This document shows, piece by piece, positions 16,253-25,676 of a stretch of 33,273 nucleotides of DNA (the stretch's first letter is position 1; every line of letters starts with the position of its first letter). The position numbers and the translations under genes are program-made. The notes beneath the pieces were generated by a model, which ran no database searches, was not told the DNA's origin, and saw only the letters and a list, made by a program, of their open reading frames with translations. The stretch lies in IMG/VR virus record IMGVR_UViG_3300034349_000012, positions 1-33,273 of that record, one strand, 5' to 3'. Source of the stretch: a virus. Taxonomy: Duplodnaviria; Caudoviricetes.

Positions 16253-17161
16253 TTATTTTTTAGTTTGAAATGGTGTATCTATAAAGGTTTCTTGATATTC
16301 CAAATCATTAAAATTATTAAATTCCTGCTCTACCATTTCCATATTTTTTAGATCTTCATAAAGTTTTACTGCTTGCAAATAAGTTAGATCTTTTAATTCC
16401 TTTTGTTTAACATGTTTATATGAAAATTTTATAAGATCTGGCAATGTCATTTTATTGCTTTTTGCTTGGTCCCATATTGCAGCTTTTTGATCTAAATTAA
16501 TTAATTCCTTTTCTTTTAATGCTTTCTTGGTTTCCTTTAGCTTTTTTTGGGCCTCTACTTTGTCCTGCTGAATTTTTGCTATTTCTTTAACCGCTTGTAC
16601 CTTTGGTTTAATTTTATCTTGTGGTGCTTGCTGTGGCTCTAATTGTTGTGGTTGGTCCGGTAATGTGTTAAATTCTTCCGGCGAATATATGCCGCTAATA
16701 TTAAATGCTTTTCTTAATGCTTGACTTTCTGCTACTTTTTGAATCATAGTCTTAGGTTTTTCTTTCCAAATCTTTGAGTTACCATTGTATTCTAAAAAAT
16801 CCACTTCTACATAAAACGTATTAGTCATATCTTTTCTGAATACTTCACAATAGCCCACCAAATCGCCGCCTCTAACGCTCCCATTTGTCCCGCTTTTCAT
16901 CCCGTCAAACATTCCGGATCTATGCGCTAATGTTAGGAATCCATCACGCCCCGCGAATATTTGCGCCACGCCGCCATATTTCATAAAGAATATTTCTTTT
17001 GTTAAGATGTCTAAATTATATTGTTTACTCATATAAAGTAATAATTCAAACTCGCTACTGGTTGCCCCTGCTGCGTATACACTTTTAATTAATTGTACTT
17101 GCTCGCTATTATAGTTTATTTGCTGCGGCTGCTCTGGAATTGTTGTTAATCCTTTGTTCAT
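16253..17161 (-). CDS. bet: Single-strand annealing recombinase (Bet/RecT family)
   Basis: YNLDILTKEIF, GRDGFL..AHRSG.FDG, W.EKPKTMIQKVAESQALRKAF..SGIYSPEE. Confidence 0.9.
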   Translation of the reverse strand: MNKGLTTIPEQPQQINYNSEQVQLIKSVYAAGATSSEFELLLYMSKQYNLDILTKEIFFMKYGGVAQIFAGRDGFLTLAHRSGMFDGMKSGTNGSVRGGDLVGYCEVFRKDMTNTFYVEVDFLEYNGNSKIWKEKPKTMIQKVAESQALRKAFNISGIYSPEEFNTLPDQPQQLEPQQAPQDKIKPKVQAVKEIAKIQQDKVEAQKKLKETKKALKEKELINLDQKAAIWDQAKSNKMTLPDLIKFSYKHVKQKELKDLTYLQAVKLYEDLKNMEMVEQEFNNFNDLEYQETFIDTPFQTKK

Positions 17162-17337
17162 TTCTTAATGCCTCCCTTAAATTTATCTATCCATGCCATA
17201 ACAATATCATTCTCAAATCTTATGGATCTTCCAATCTGCTTAAATGGCATCCCTTCACCCCGCCATCTTTCTATTGTTGTTTTTGTGATCTTTAAATATG
17301 TTGCTAACTCTTTAGTTGTTAATAATGCTCTATCCAT
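17158..17337 (-). CDS. Excisionase/Cro-like winged-HTH protein (not in ORF track)
   Basis: MDRALLTTKELATYLKITKTTIERWRGEGMPFKQIGRSIRF..., 59 aa, SD GGAGG. Confidence 0.85.
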   Translation of the reverse strand: MDRALLTTKELATYLKITKTTIERWRGEGMPFKQIGRSIRFENDIVMAWIDKFKGGIKK

Positions 17338-17569
17338 TTTGTGCCTCCTTAAATATTTTTATATCATCTATTCCGCGAGGCTTAATTTGTCTATAAAATT
17401 GATCCACCAAAATAAATTGAAAAATTACTTTATTGGATCTTATAGAATGTACACATAAAATATCAATTATTTTATAGACTTCTTTTGAATAAACCTTTCC
17501 ATCTGAAACTAAATTTACAAAATCATTTATTTCAAATGGGCAAACTGAATTAAATTCCGCGTATTGCAT
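17330..17569 (-). CDS. Small hypothetical protein
   Basis: 79 aa, CPFEIND motif, SD GGGGG. Confidence 0.6.
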   Translation of the reverse strand: MQYAEFNSVCPFEINDFVNLVSDGKVYSKEVYKIIDILCVHSIRSNKVIFQFILVDQFYRQIKPRGIDDIKIFKEAQNG

Positions 17570-17607
17570 TTTTAACCCCCTATTATCATGTTATCTCTTA
17601 TTGTTTC

Positions 17608-17636
17608 ATTATATCATATGTTGCATTATATTGTAA
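17608..17636 (-). promoter_or_regulatory. Sigma-A promoter, early operon
   Basis: TTACAA-17-TATAAT with TG; spacer contains GCAACAT. Confidence 0.6.
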
Positions 17637-17642
17637 TGTATT

Positions 17643-17885
17643 TTATTGTCTATTAATCCATGAATCGTAAACCGCATTAATATATTCATTTGCATTTAAT
17701 TCTCTGTTACTTTCTTCCCATTCTTCATATACCCGCGCAAATCTTCCCTCTGATCCTTCGTAATCAATCATCATTTCATTTATTTTGTTTCTGTTATCCC
17801 TTGTGATCTGTTTTATAAATTCCTTTTCAGTATATTTAAATTTTTCAACTATGGCTTTGCTTGCTAAATCTTTTAATATTCCCAT
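17643..17885 (-). CDS. Hypothetical protein
   Basis: 80 aa, adjacent to upstream gene. Confidence 0.55.
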   Translation of the reverse strand: MGILKDLASKAIVEKFKYTEKEFIKQITRDNRNKINEMMIDYEGSEGRFARVYEEWEESNRELNANEYINAVYDSWINRQ

Positions 17886-18191
17886 TTAAAAATCCCCTTT
17901 ATTTTTGTAATATTCCGCGCTGCTTTTTTCGCCTTTTTTTATAACATTTTCAATATCTTCTATTAATTTATAACTATAATCTATTACATATATTTCCTCT
18001 TTGCCTATTTCAGAATTGCATAATTCTAATAACTTGGTGCCGCCTACTTTAACCGCAAACTTATTGCTACCGGATGATCCAAACGCATACTCTTTATTAT
18101 CTATGGTAACAATTCCACAACATTTTTTATATTCTATTTTTTCAACTTCAACTTCAATCTTCTTACCATTTTTTAAAACTTGATATTTCAT
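17886..18191 (-). CDS. Hypothetical protein
   Basis: 101 aa, SD GGGAG. Confidence 0.6.
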   Translation of the reverse strand: MKYQVLKNGKKIEVEVEKIEYKKCCGIVTIDNKEYAFGSSGSNKFAVKVGGTKLLELCNSEIGKEEIYVIDYSYKLIEDIENVIKKGEKSSAEYYKNKGDF

Positions 18192-18239
18192 TTGATCCGC
18201 TCCCTTTAATAATTTATTATTAACTCTTTATCTAATATT

Positions 18240-18271
18240 ATTATACCATATGAGGCAACATAGAGCAACAT
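18240..18271 (-). promoter_or_regulatory. Sigma-A promoter overlapped by GCAACAT direct repeats
   Basis: TTGCTC-17-TATAAT with TG; GCAACAT at 18255 and 18265. Confidence 0.6.
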
Positions 18272-18356
18272 TTATTTATAAAAAAAAGAATATAAATTTA
18301 ATTATATTCTTCCCGCTTATCCTATATACTTTTATAACACTTCTTTAACACTTACA

Positions 18357-18755
18357 TTAATTATGATCCTTATTTTCATGTAAAGTATTAATCATATCTT
18401 TAACCGCTTCAACATTTAATCTATCATATGTTAAAAATTCCTTTAACCTTGCAACTACATCAATTATTAATGTTTCAAATAAGTTATTATATATTGATAA
18501 AATATCTATAGGCTGATCTGATCCAAATTTTAAATTTAAAAAATCGCCATCATGGTTAATAACAAGATCAAATAAATTAACGCTGTAATCAATTCGGATC
18601 ATATCATCTGTACAATTTTTAATAATATTCTTTATATCATCAAATACGTTTGCTTGTTTTATGTTAGGTAAACAAGTAATCCTATATGGCTTATTGCCAT
18701 CCTTTGCCGGTATAATCAATTTTACTGATAATATCGTAATATCTTTTTTATTCAT
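18357..18755 (-). CDS. Hypothetical protein
   Basis: 132 aa, SD GGGGG, probably co-transcribed with 18769-19467. Confidence 0.55.
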   Translation of the reverse strand: MNKKDITILSVKLIIPAKDGNKPYRITCLPNIKQANVFDDIKNIIKNCTDDMIRIDYSVNLFDLVINHDGDFLNLKFGSDQPIDILSIYNNLFETLIIDVVARLKEFLTYDRLNVEAVKDMINTLHENKDHN

Positions 18756-18768
18756 ATCCTGCCCCCCA

Positions 18769-19467
18769 TTATTCGTATTTTAACATAAATTCATGCAACG
18801 CTTGGCTAATAAGATCCTGCTGCTTAAAGCTTTTATTATCATTACAAAATTTAATAAAATTTAATAAAGTTTCTGTGTAAACCTTAAAAGATCTTGTTTT
18901 TAAATCTCCGGCCATAACTTCACTTGATATTTTTATTGATCTGCTTTGATTTTCTTTATCTGGTAACTGCTTTGATTTTCCTAACTCTCTATCTAAATCA
19001 TATAGTATATTACCATAATTAGTAACTATATCTAATAGATTATCTAATCTTTCGGATAATAGTTTTATTTTTTCGTGATCTTCTGTAGCTTCTTTATATT
19101 TTGTATCTTCTATTGGCCATAATCCTGCATCCGTTTCATCTGGTGCCTCTTCTGGTGTCCAATCATCTATAGTATTATCTTTATCTAAATTTTTTGGACT
19201 CTCTGCCAATGCTGCATTTCTTCCATCCGCTATTCTTGGATCTAATATATATTTTTTATCGAATAAAATATAACCGGCCTCTTTAAATTTAATTCTATTC
19301 GACTTTTTATAGATCTTTTGTTTTTGTTCAATGCTTGTTAATGTTTCCCCTAAATCAATACATTTATTTATATAATAAACTTGGTCCGCTATTTTTAACA
19401 TATGAAATAAATCCGCTTTGTTTTTGTTTTCTGCTTGTAAAATATCTTCTAATACAAAACCATCCAT
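18769..19467 (-). CDS. Plasmid-type DNA-binding protein (N-terminal HTH-like, coiled coil, C-terminal RHH-like)
   Basis: QVYYINKCIDLGETLTSI...FKEAGY N-terminus; KTRSFKVY...FIKFC...KQQDLISQALHEFMLKY C-terminus. Confidence 0.55.
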   Translation of the reverse strand: MDGFVLEDILQAENKNKADLFHMLKIADQVYYINKCIDLGETLTSIEQKQKIYKKSNRIKFKEAGYILFDKKYILDPRIADGRNAALAESPKNLDKDNTIDDWTPEEAPDETDAGLWPIEDTKYKEATEDHEKIKLLSERLDNLLDIVTNYGNILYDLDRELGKSKQLPDKENQSRSIKISSEVMAGDLKTRSFKVYTETLLNFIKFCNDNKSFKQQDLISQALHEFMLKYE

Positions 19468-19492
19468 AAACTATAACCCCCCATATAATATT

Positions 19493-19526
19493 GTGTTACA
19501 TTAGTGTTAACATTATAACACTAATG
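19493..19526. promoter_or_regulatory. Inverted-repeat operator over the promoter of 18769-19467
   Basis: CATTAGTGTTA-acatta-TAACACTAATG overlapping minus-strand TATAAT (19512-19517). Confidence 0.6.
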
Positions 19527-19545
19527 CAATATATAAGGAATATAA

Positions 19546-19860
19546 TTATTTTTCTTTTTCATCTACTGCTAAACCGCTATTTTGAATGATCTTTATTAAA
19601 TCGTGAATGAAATTAGATCCGCGGCTAATCAATATGCCTGTTAATATTACCCCAAATAATTTATATCCATCTGTTAATCCAATTATACTTGGCAAGTCTA
19701 GCGAATAACTAAATGCAATTGTTAATCCTATTATTAAAGATCCTACCTTACCTATAAATTCCTTTTTGCTTATGCCTGCCGCATCTACTACCAACATAAT
19801 AGTTTCTAGCACGCTTTCCACTAATATTGCAGCTACTATAATTTTTATAAATGTATTCAT
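19546..19860 (-). CDS. Holin
   Basis: Three hydrophobic segments, TGILISRGSNFIHDL motif, next to endolysin. Confidence 0.85.
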   Translation of the reverse strand: MNTFIKIIVAAILVESVLETIMLVVDAAGISKKEFIGKVGSLIIGLTIAFSYSLDLPSIIGLTDGYKLFGVILTGILISRGSNFIHDLIKIIQNSGLAVDEKEK

Positions 19861-19866
19861 GGCCGG

Positions 19867-20583
19867 TTATATCTTTAGCATTAGATCATATAATGCTTTC
19901 ATTGCATATAATGTATTAGGCCCTACTATACCATCTAAAACTAATATATGGCCTGCTTGGTCCTTAATTCCTATATTATTTAATAGGTTCTGAATCTCTA
20001 CAACATATTTTAATGTAATTGGATTATCATTTACTACCCCAATATTAAGTAAATCTGTGCGGCCTGTTATACCTTTTGCAATTGCTGTTGCTGTTTTATT
20101 AGCATCAAATAAATTCATATCATGCACGCTATCCACAAAACTACATTCCACTAATACCGCCACGCATTTTGTATTTTTTAATACATAAAGATTTTTACCA
20201 TCTACGCCGCATAGTTTTGGGCCTCTATTAACATAACCTAATTTTTCTATTTCCTGCAATATTTTTAGGCTGTAATATTTCCCACCGTCGCTATAATACC
20301 AACATTCTGCGCCCTGCGTTTTGCCATCAAACTTATTCTGGTGGATGGATATATACAAATCACAATTATTTTTATTGCTTGCCTCCGCCCGCATTGCTAA
20401 ACCTGTGCTATATGTTGTCGCATTTTTGCAATATTCTAATGCGTTAATAACTATGGCGCCTGTATAAACTAATTTTTTAATTAATAAATTTCCTACCGCT
20501 AAATTTAAAGGATCTTCTTTCTTTATTCCTACCGCGCCGGTGTCTACTTTTGTATTATGTCCAATATCTACGCATATTTTCAT
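19867..20583 (-). CDS. Endolysin, N-acetylmuramoyl-L-alanine amidase (Amidase_3) with PG-binding C-terminus
   Basis: DIGH, E, SIH.N, AVLVECSFVD; C-terminal LDGIVGPNT. Confidence 0.92.
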   Translation of the reverse strand: MKICVDIGHNTKVDTGAVGIKKEDPLNLAVGNLLIKKLVYTGAIVINALEYCKNATTYSTGLAMRAEASNKNNCDLYISIHQNKFDGKTQGAECWYYSDGGKYYSLKILQEIEKLGYVNRGPKLCGVDGKNLYVLKNTKCVAVLVECSFVDSVHDMNLFDANKTATAIAKGITGRTDLLNIGVVNDNPITLKYVVEIQNLLNNIGIKDQAGHILVLDGIVGPNTLYAMKALYDLMLKI

Positions 20584-20642
20584 ATTAAAACCCCCTATTT
20601 ATTATTAATTTTACATTTCCCCCCGCTTCTGAATTGTAAAAT

Positions 20643-20993
20643 CTATAAATACCTAGTTTGTAATGTAATTATTGTGCTTTGAGATATTGCCGGTGTGATA
20701 GTATATGTTGTTGTGCCTAATCCAATTTTAAAAAATCTGGATGCAAGATCTAAATATTGCATTGCACTTACTCCATTAAGTGTTATAGATTGTGTATTTA
20801 GATTAATTACAATAACATCATATGAAATTAATGCTTTTACTATCCTAATGTATAAGCCGGTTAAATCATCTATAATTTTATACTCTGATATTTCTTCATT
20901 AACATATGCTGTAATAATCCCGTTCCCTGTCATGGTCCCAATGTTTATTATGCCGCCTCTAGTGCTTTGATTAAATCCTATGCTAATATACAT
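20643..20993 (-). CDS. Distal tail protein (Dit), C-terminal part
   Basis: DVIVINLNTQSITLNG..AMQYLDLASRFFKI..G...TRYL resembles Dit C-termini. Confidence 0.65.
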   Translation of the reverse strand: MYISIGFNQSTRGGIINIGTMTGNGIITAYVNEEISEYKIIDDLTGLYIRIVKALISYDVIVINLNTQSITLNGVSAMQYLDLASRFFKIGLGTTTYTITPAISQSTIITLQTRYL

Positions 20994-21005
20994 ATTGCCA
21001 CCCCC

Positions 21006-22526
21006 TTACATTCCATAGTCTGCCGGTAATGGTGTTAAATTAGTATCATTGTAAAAAAAGTCTTTAACAATTGCATTTAATAAATATAATGTTGAATTAT
21101 CAGATCCAATAGTTAAATTTGATAAAATTGCCGGACTTCTGGCATCTACTACAAATCCGCTATTTATTGTTGCCGCTGCTCCATTTTTATAATATAGAGT
21201 AAATCCTGCCGCTGTTTTAATTATAAATAATTTTAATTGGTTTCCTGCTGCATGTACTTGCGCCCCTACTGTTCCGTTTATAACTACTCCTGCTATCATA
21301 GTTTGCACATACCAACTTTTTGTACTATTATTCCAAACTATTTCAAAATGATTATTAATATCTCCAAATAATTGTAAAACATATCTAAAAAAATTAGCTT
21401 GTGGATCTGTATTACTCCAATTAGGATATATAGTTATTCCTAATTCAAATATTGTTCCTAATTTAAATGCCGGCCCTAAATTATAATTAAGGTTATCGGC
21501 TAATCTTGCTGTATCAATAAAGCTTGTATTATAAGATAGTTTTTCAAGCTGCGTACAATCTGAATAAAAAACATCTGTAATAATAAACCCTGTTGTTGGA
21601 TAAATAAAACTTCCTATTGCTGTACGATCTGCATAATCCATTACACTTGATACTTTTAATAATTGCCATCCTGCTACTAAAACAAAATTTGCTCTAACAT
21701 AAATTGTCCCATGCGCGCCTCCTGTAAATCTTATTGCCAACTGCATAGTTTTACCTACATTACCGGCTAACGCATATATTTGTACGCTAAATGTAAAATA
21801 ATCCGTAATTAATGGTGCAATTGCATATGATAGGTATGTTGCGCCGCCTGTGTTTGTTAAAACTGACTTTAAACTATGTGTACCTATATAAGCATAATCT
21901 ACGCTTGATGATACTGTGTGCGCATTGCCTAACCAACTATTTACGCCTGTTTCAAAATTATCCGCGCCTATTAAATTTGTGGTTCCCGCTTCCATAAATA
22001 AACCATAATTTAGGCCCGCCGCTTGGTATCTTGGTATATTTATTGCTGCTTGTGTAACCCCATTATATGCTGTTGAATTTCTACTAAATCTAAACTGTGT
22101 TGCATTATCTTGGTCCGCTATTCTTGCGTATGGATCAGATGCAATAAAAGTAACTGTAAATAATCCATAACTTAAAATTTCTTCTAAATCTGTTGATCCG
22201 TCAACTTTAGCATAATAATAGCGGCCATCTTCACCCATATTATTAGGCCCGTCAAGTATTTCTAGTTTCTTTTCAAGCTTATCTAATGGATATAACCATG
22301 CTGCAATTAATAGCATATTATTATATAATGCTTTTTTGGTTAAATGTGTTTTATCTTGAAATGTAACTTCAATTACTTTATTACCTAAAAAAGATCCAAA
22401 ATCAAAACTTCCATCACCCGCAGTTTTTCTTAATAATCTGGTTTCAACTGGTGCCAATATAGATTTTTTAATATTTTTAACGCTTAATCCTAATGTAGTT
22501 TCTTCAATATTATTAAATTTAAACAA
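21006..22526 (-). CDS. Evolved distal tail protein (Dit N-terminus + carbohydrate-binding/LamG-like domains)
   Basis: MFKFN, RYYYAKVDG, FTVTFIASDPYA; F.RNSTAY, EAGTTNL, QLEK..Y.TSFI..R.AD. Confidence 0.75.
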   Translation of the reverse strand: MFKFNNIEETTLGLSVKNIKKSILAPVETRLLRKTAGDGSFDFGSFLGNKVIEVTFQDKTHLTKKALYNNMLLIAAWLYPLDKLEKKLEILDGPNNMGEDGRYYYAKVDGSTDLEEILSYGLFTVTFIASDPYARIADQDNATQFRFSRNSTAYNGVTQAAINIPRYQAAGLNYGLFMEAGTTNLIGADNFETGVNSWLGNAHTVSSSVDYAYIGTHSLKSVLTNTGGATYLSYAIAPLITDYFTFSVQIYALAGNVGKTMQLAIRFTGGAHGTIYVRANFVLVAGWQLLKVSSVMDYADRTAIGSFIYPTTGFIITDVFYSDCTQLEKLSYNTSFIDTARLADNLNYNLGPAFKLGTIFELGITIYPNWSNTDPQANFFRYVLQLFGDINNHFEIVWNNSTKSWYVQTMIAGVVINGTVGAQVHAAGNQLKLFIIKTAAGFTLYYKNGAAATINSGFVVDARSPAILSNLTIGSDNSTLYLLNAIVKDFFYNDTNLTPLPADYGM

Positions 22527-22538
22527 TATATCACCCCC

Positions 22539-25500
22539 TTAATATTTAAATACAATTTTTATTGCATACTCCGTCACGCCCTCCAAAATAACATATGGGA
22601 CCTCTCCAACTTCATATATTGCGAGGCCGGTAACTAATCCGCTTTTAACATCTAATAAAAACTGTGCCGGCATATTAATATTTATTTGCTCGCCCCATTT
22701 AATACTTGCTATTTCGCCATAATCACGTTTTAAATAGCTGTCGTACCATGGCGCCGGTGCTGTCAATCTATCATGCCCCCATATTTCAATGTTTCTTGCC
22801 TCTGCATAACCGCCAATATTGCGACGCTTAATAGATAAGGTTGCTGCTTTAATTGTAACTGCTGCCGCTGCTATAGTGCTAAATTTAACCGCCCCATTGA
22901 ATAAAATTATGCCCATATGGTTACCGAATCCCCATGATCCTTGATAAATATAATCCTCTGCCGGCCTATATGCTTGATAAATATATTGCCAACTCAAACT
23001 ACTGGATGCCAAACTTGTATTTGTTATTAATGCCGCCGGTGCTAATGCTCCCGCCGGACTTGCTGCGCCTGCAACAACTGCTTCACCCGTCTGCGCGCTT
23101 GGTACTACCATGGCCCCCGCTGTCCAAACTATGTTACCCGCCGCCCCTTGTGGTATTGATCCAAAACATCCAATATATGCGCCTGTCATTGCTTTTATTC
23201 CATAGGCCCCAACTGTTGCATTTGTGCCTATGCATGTGGCAATGCTTATTTTGCTACAATAATTAGATAAAATACTAGCTATTGTTGCCCTTTCACAAAT
23301 ACATTGATCTATTGAAATAATTGACGCTTGGCCTATTACTGCATAATACCCAATTAAATTAGCGTTTAACCTTAAATATCGGACCAAAATCCATGTACAA
23401 TTATCTACATAAATCGGTATTGTTCCGGCTGCATCTACACAATTAATATAACCATATAAAACTGTTGCCGCCGGCTTTGATCCTTGTACATAAATAAATG
23501 CACTGCAATTAATAAAATGAATATTACCATTTAAAATTACGCCTTGATCAAAATTTAAATATAAACCCGCTGATCCTAATATACCGTCAATAATAACATT
23601 TTCATAATATGGACTACTTCCGGCGCCTGCGGGGTTACTATCTGTAATATGAATTGTAATAGAATCTAATAAAACTTTTGGGATGGTTCCATTCATCATT
23701 ATTCTACCTATTGTTTTATAAGGGAATCCAATTAATCCACTATTAAAATCATTTCCCGCATAACTGTCTATATAATATGTTAATGCTGTACTTATTGTTG
23801 TAATTATATTTTGGCCTATAAATTGATCTGATCTAATTACACTATAATTAAATTCTGTTGGACTAAAATAACCAATACTGTTAGGTGGTATATTATCATC
23901 TTCGTATTTTATAGCGCTTTGATATGTTCCTTCGACTAATCCCATTCTTATATTATTTCCGGTTGGACTTGTAGCAAAATTACTTCCACGATCCCATACA
24001 TTTGCTCTAGCTAAAACTTTTTTTTCAAGATCTGCCTGCCTTTTATTTATATCTGCATTATCTTGTATATAATTTCCTAGTGTTACATCTGTGTTTTCTT
24101 GTAGTAAATAATCTCTTTCTATTTCAATTATGTTGGCTAATACGTCAACTGGTACCCTAAAATTTTCATCTAATATATATATTAAATCTCCTATACGCAT
24201 TTTTTCGTGCGAATAACCTATTAAGGTTTCAAGATCTAATATTTTTGCTTCATACGTTATTTTTGGCGTATTATTATCTTGGATATAATCCCATGTTTTT
24301 TGCAATAAATTAGCGCTGTTTACTTCCTCTTCATCTTCAAATAACCCCATGCGGTTAATTGTTCCACCGGCGCGCCCATATAACGCTTTAGCTGCAATAT
24401 CTTCTACATATTCTTGCCCTGTTGGTTTGTTAGCTGCAAATGATGGATGAAATTCATCAACATACATATCGCCGGCCTCAACTACACTACTTATTCCACT
24501 AAATATAAATCTTACGGAATCAACCCCCGCCGGTACTGTTGCTATTAATGTTACCTTTTCCCAATTATTTGCCGCTATTGGCTTATAAATTGTTACCGCC
24601 TGCGCTACATATGCGCCCGCTAAATAAAAATTGTACATTAATTTAATACCTTTTTGGTACCCGTCAATTGTAGTAGGTGTATTAACCCAACAATAGCCGC
24701 TTATTACTTGCGCCGGTGTTACTGTATAATTTAATGTTGAATAAACTGTTGTATAAACTACTAATCCATCCGTCATTTTTAAACATTGTGATCCCCTATA
24801 ATATCTTAAAGTGTCTATTGCTGTGGTTCCTGTTATTGTTGTCCATTGATCAAAACCATCTTCAAAACCCGTATTGGTTAATGTTGGGAAATCATTTCGC
24901 CATAATGTAGTTTTAAAAGTTGTCCTTACATTACAAGTTTTTATTCCCTTTTGTTCAAGATCTGTATTAATGGCCTCTTGATCAGATGTAATTTCTTCAC
25001 CTTTCCCGCGGCCATATGCTGCGGTTATAAGATAGGTATTATCTACTGTTCTTTTAATACTTGTTAAATCTTTTCCGATAACCGCCCGTTTGCCTCTATA
25101 TGCGCCTGTGGTCCTTTTATAATCAACTATACGGGATGTTATAACATTCCCTGTCAAAATTAATCTATATTTTAATATACCGCTTTGTTTTTTACTGTTA
25201 ATATCTGTATATTGCCATCTTGTTTTAATATCATTCAATGCCTCTAAACTACTTTGATAATAGAAGTTTTGCGCATAAACTCCAAACGAATCAACTGTGC
25301 CTACGGTCCATCTTGTACCACTTAAAGCTGCTGTTAATGCTACTGTTGCGGTTGCTTGCTTTACTCTTCTATCTTCTATAACATAATCACGTAATTCATA
25401 AAAACAATTTTCACAATAACATGCTTTTAATATTCCTTGATCTGTTTCTTCATCTTCAATTGTTAATATTTCAAACATTATAAAATCATTATCAAGATCA

Positions 25501-25676
25501 TAAAATGCAAAATAATTACCTTCTAAAACATTTGTGCTTTTAATGCTACTATCTGCAACGCTAACATTTATATAATTTTCGCCTGTTAATTTTTCTGTAT
25601 GTTTAAAAGATATTAGATCTGTATTATCTAAAATGCTTATTAAATTTTCATCAAAATCAAATAAATATAAATTCAT
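22539..25676 (-). CDS. Tail spike/Tal (prophage endopeptidase-type) with CBM-like insertion and beta-helix receptor-binding region
   Basis: GKDLTSIKRTVD..LITAAYGRGKG; LTNTGFEDG CBM start; GND.NSG....PYKTI pectin-lyase-like motif. Confidence 0.8.
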   Translation of the reverse strand: MNLYLFDFDENLISILDNTDLISFKHTEKLTGENYINVSVADSSIKSTNVLEGNYFAFYDLDNDFIMFEILTIEDEETDQGILKACYCENCFYELRDYVIEDRRVKQATATVALTAALSGTRWTVGTVDSFGVYAQNFYYQSSLEALNDIKTRWQYTDINSKKQSGILKYRLILTGNVITSRIVDYKRTTGAYRGKRAVIGKDLTSIKRTVDNTYLITAAYGRGKGEEITSDQEAINTDLEQKGIKTCNVRTTFKTTLWRNDFPTLTNTGFEDGFDQWTTITGTTAIDTLRYYRGSQCLKMTDGLVVYTTVYSTLNYTVTPAQVISGYCWVNTPTTIDGYQKGIKLMYNFYLAGAYVAQAVTIYKPIAANNWEKVTLIATVPAGVDSVRFIFSGISSVVEAGDMYVDEFHPSFAANKPTGQEYVEDIAAKALYGRAGGTINRMGLFEDEEEVNSANLLQKTWDYIQDNNTPKITYEAKILDLETLIGYSHEKMRIGDLIYILDENFRVPVDVLANIIEIERDYLLQENTDVTLGNYIQDNADINKRQADLEKKVLARANVWDRGSNFATSPTGNNIRMGLVEGTYQSAIKYEDDNIPPNSIGYFSPTEFNYSVIRSDQFIGQNIITTISTALTYYIDSYAGNDFNSGLIGFPYKTIGRIMMNGTIPKVLLDSITIHITDSNPAGAGSSPYYENVIIDGILGSAGLYLNFDQGVILNGNIHFINCSAFIYVQGSKPAATVLYGYINCVDAAGTIPIYVDNCTWILVRYLRLNANLIGYYAVIGQASIISIDQCICERATIASILSNYCSKISIATCIGTNATVGAYGIKAMTGAYIGCFGSIPQGAAGNIVWTAGAMVVPSAQTGEAVVAGAASPAGALAPAALITNTSLASSSLSWQYIYQAYRPAEDYIYQGSWGFGNHMGIILFNGAVKFSTIAAAAVTIKAATLSIKRRNIGGYAEARNIEIWGHDRLTAPAPWYDSYLKRDYGEIASIKWGEQININMPAQFLLDVKSGLVTGLAIYEVGEVPYVILEGVTEYAIKIVFKY

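Noticed and set aside
21006-25676. Diversity-generating retroelement acting on tail genes
   Set aside because: No reverse transcriptase and no template/variable repeat pair seen
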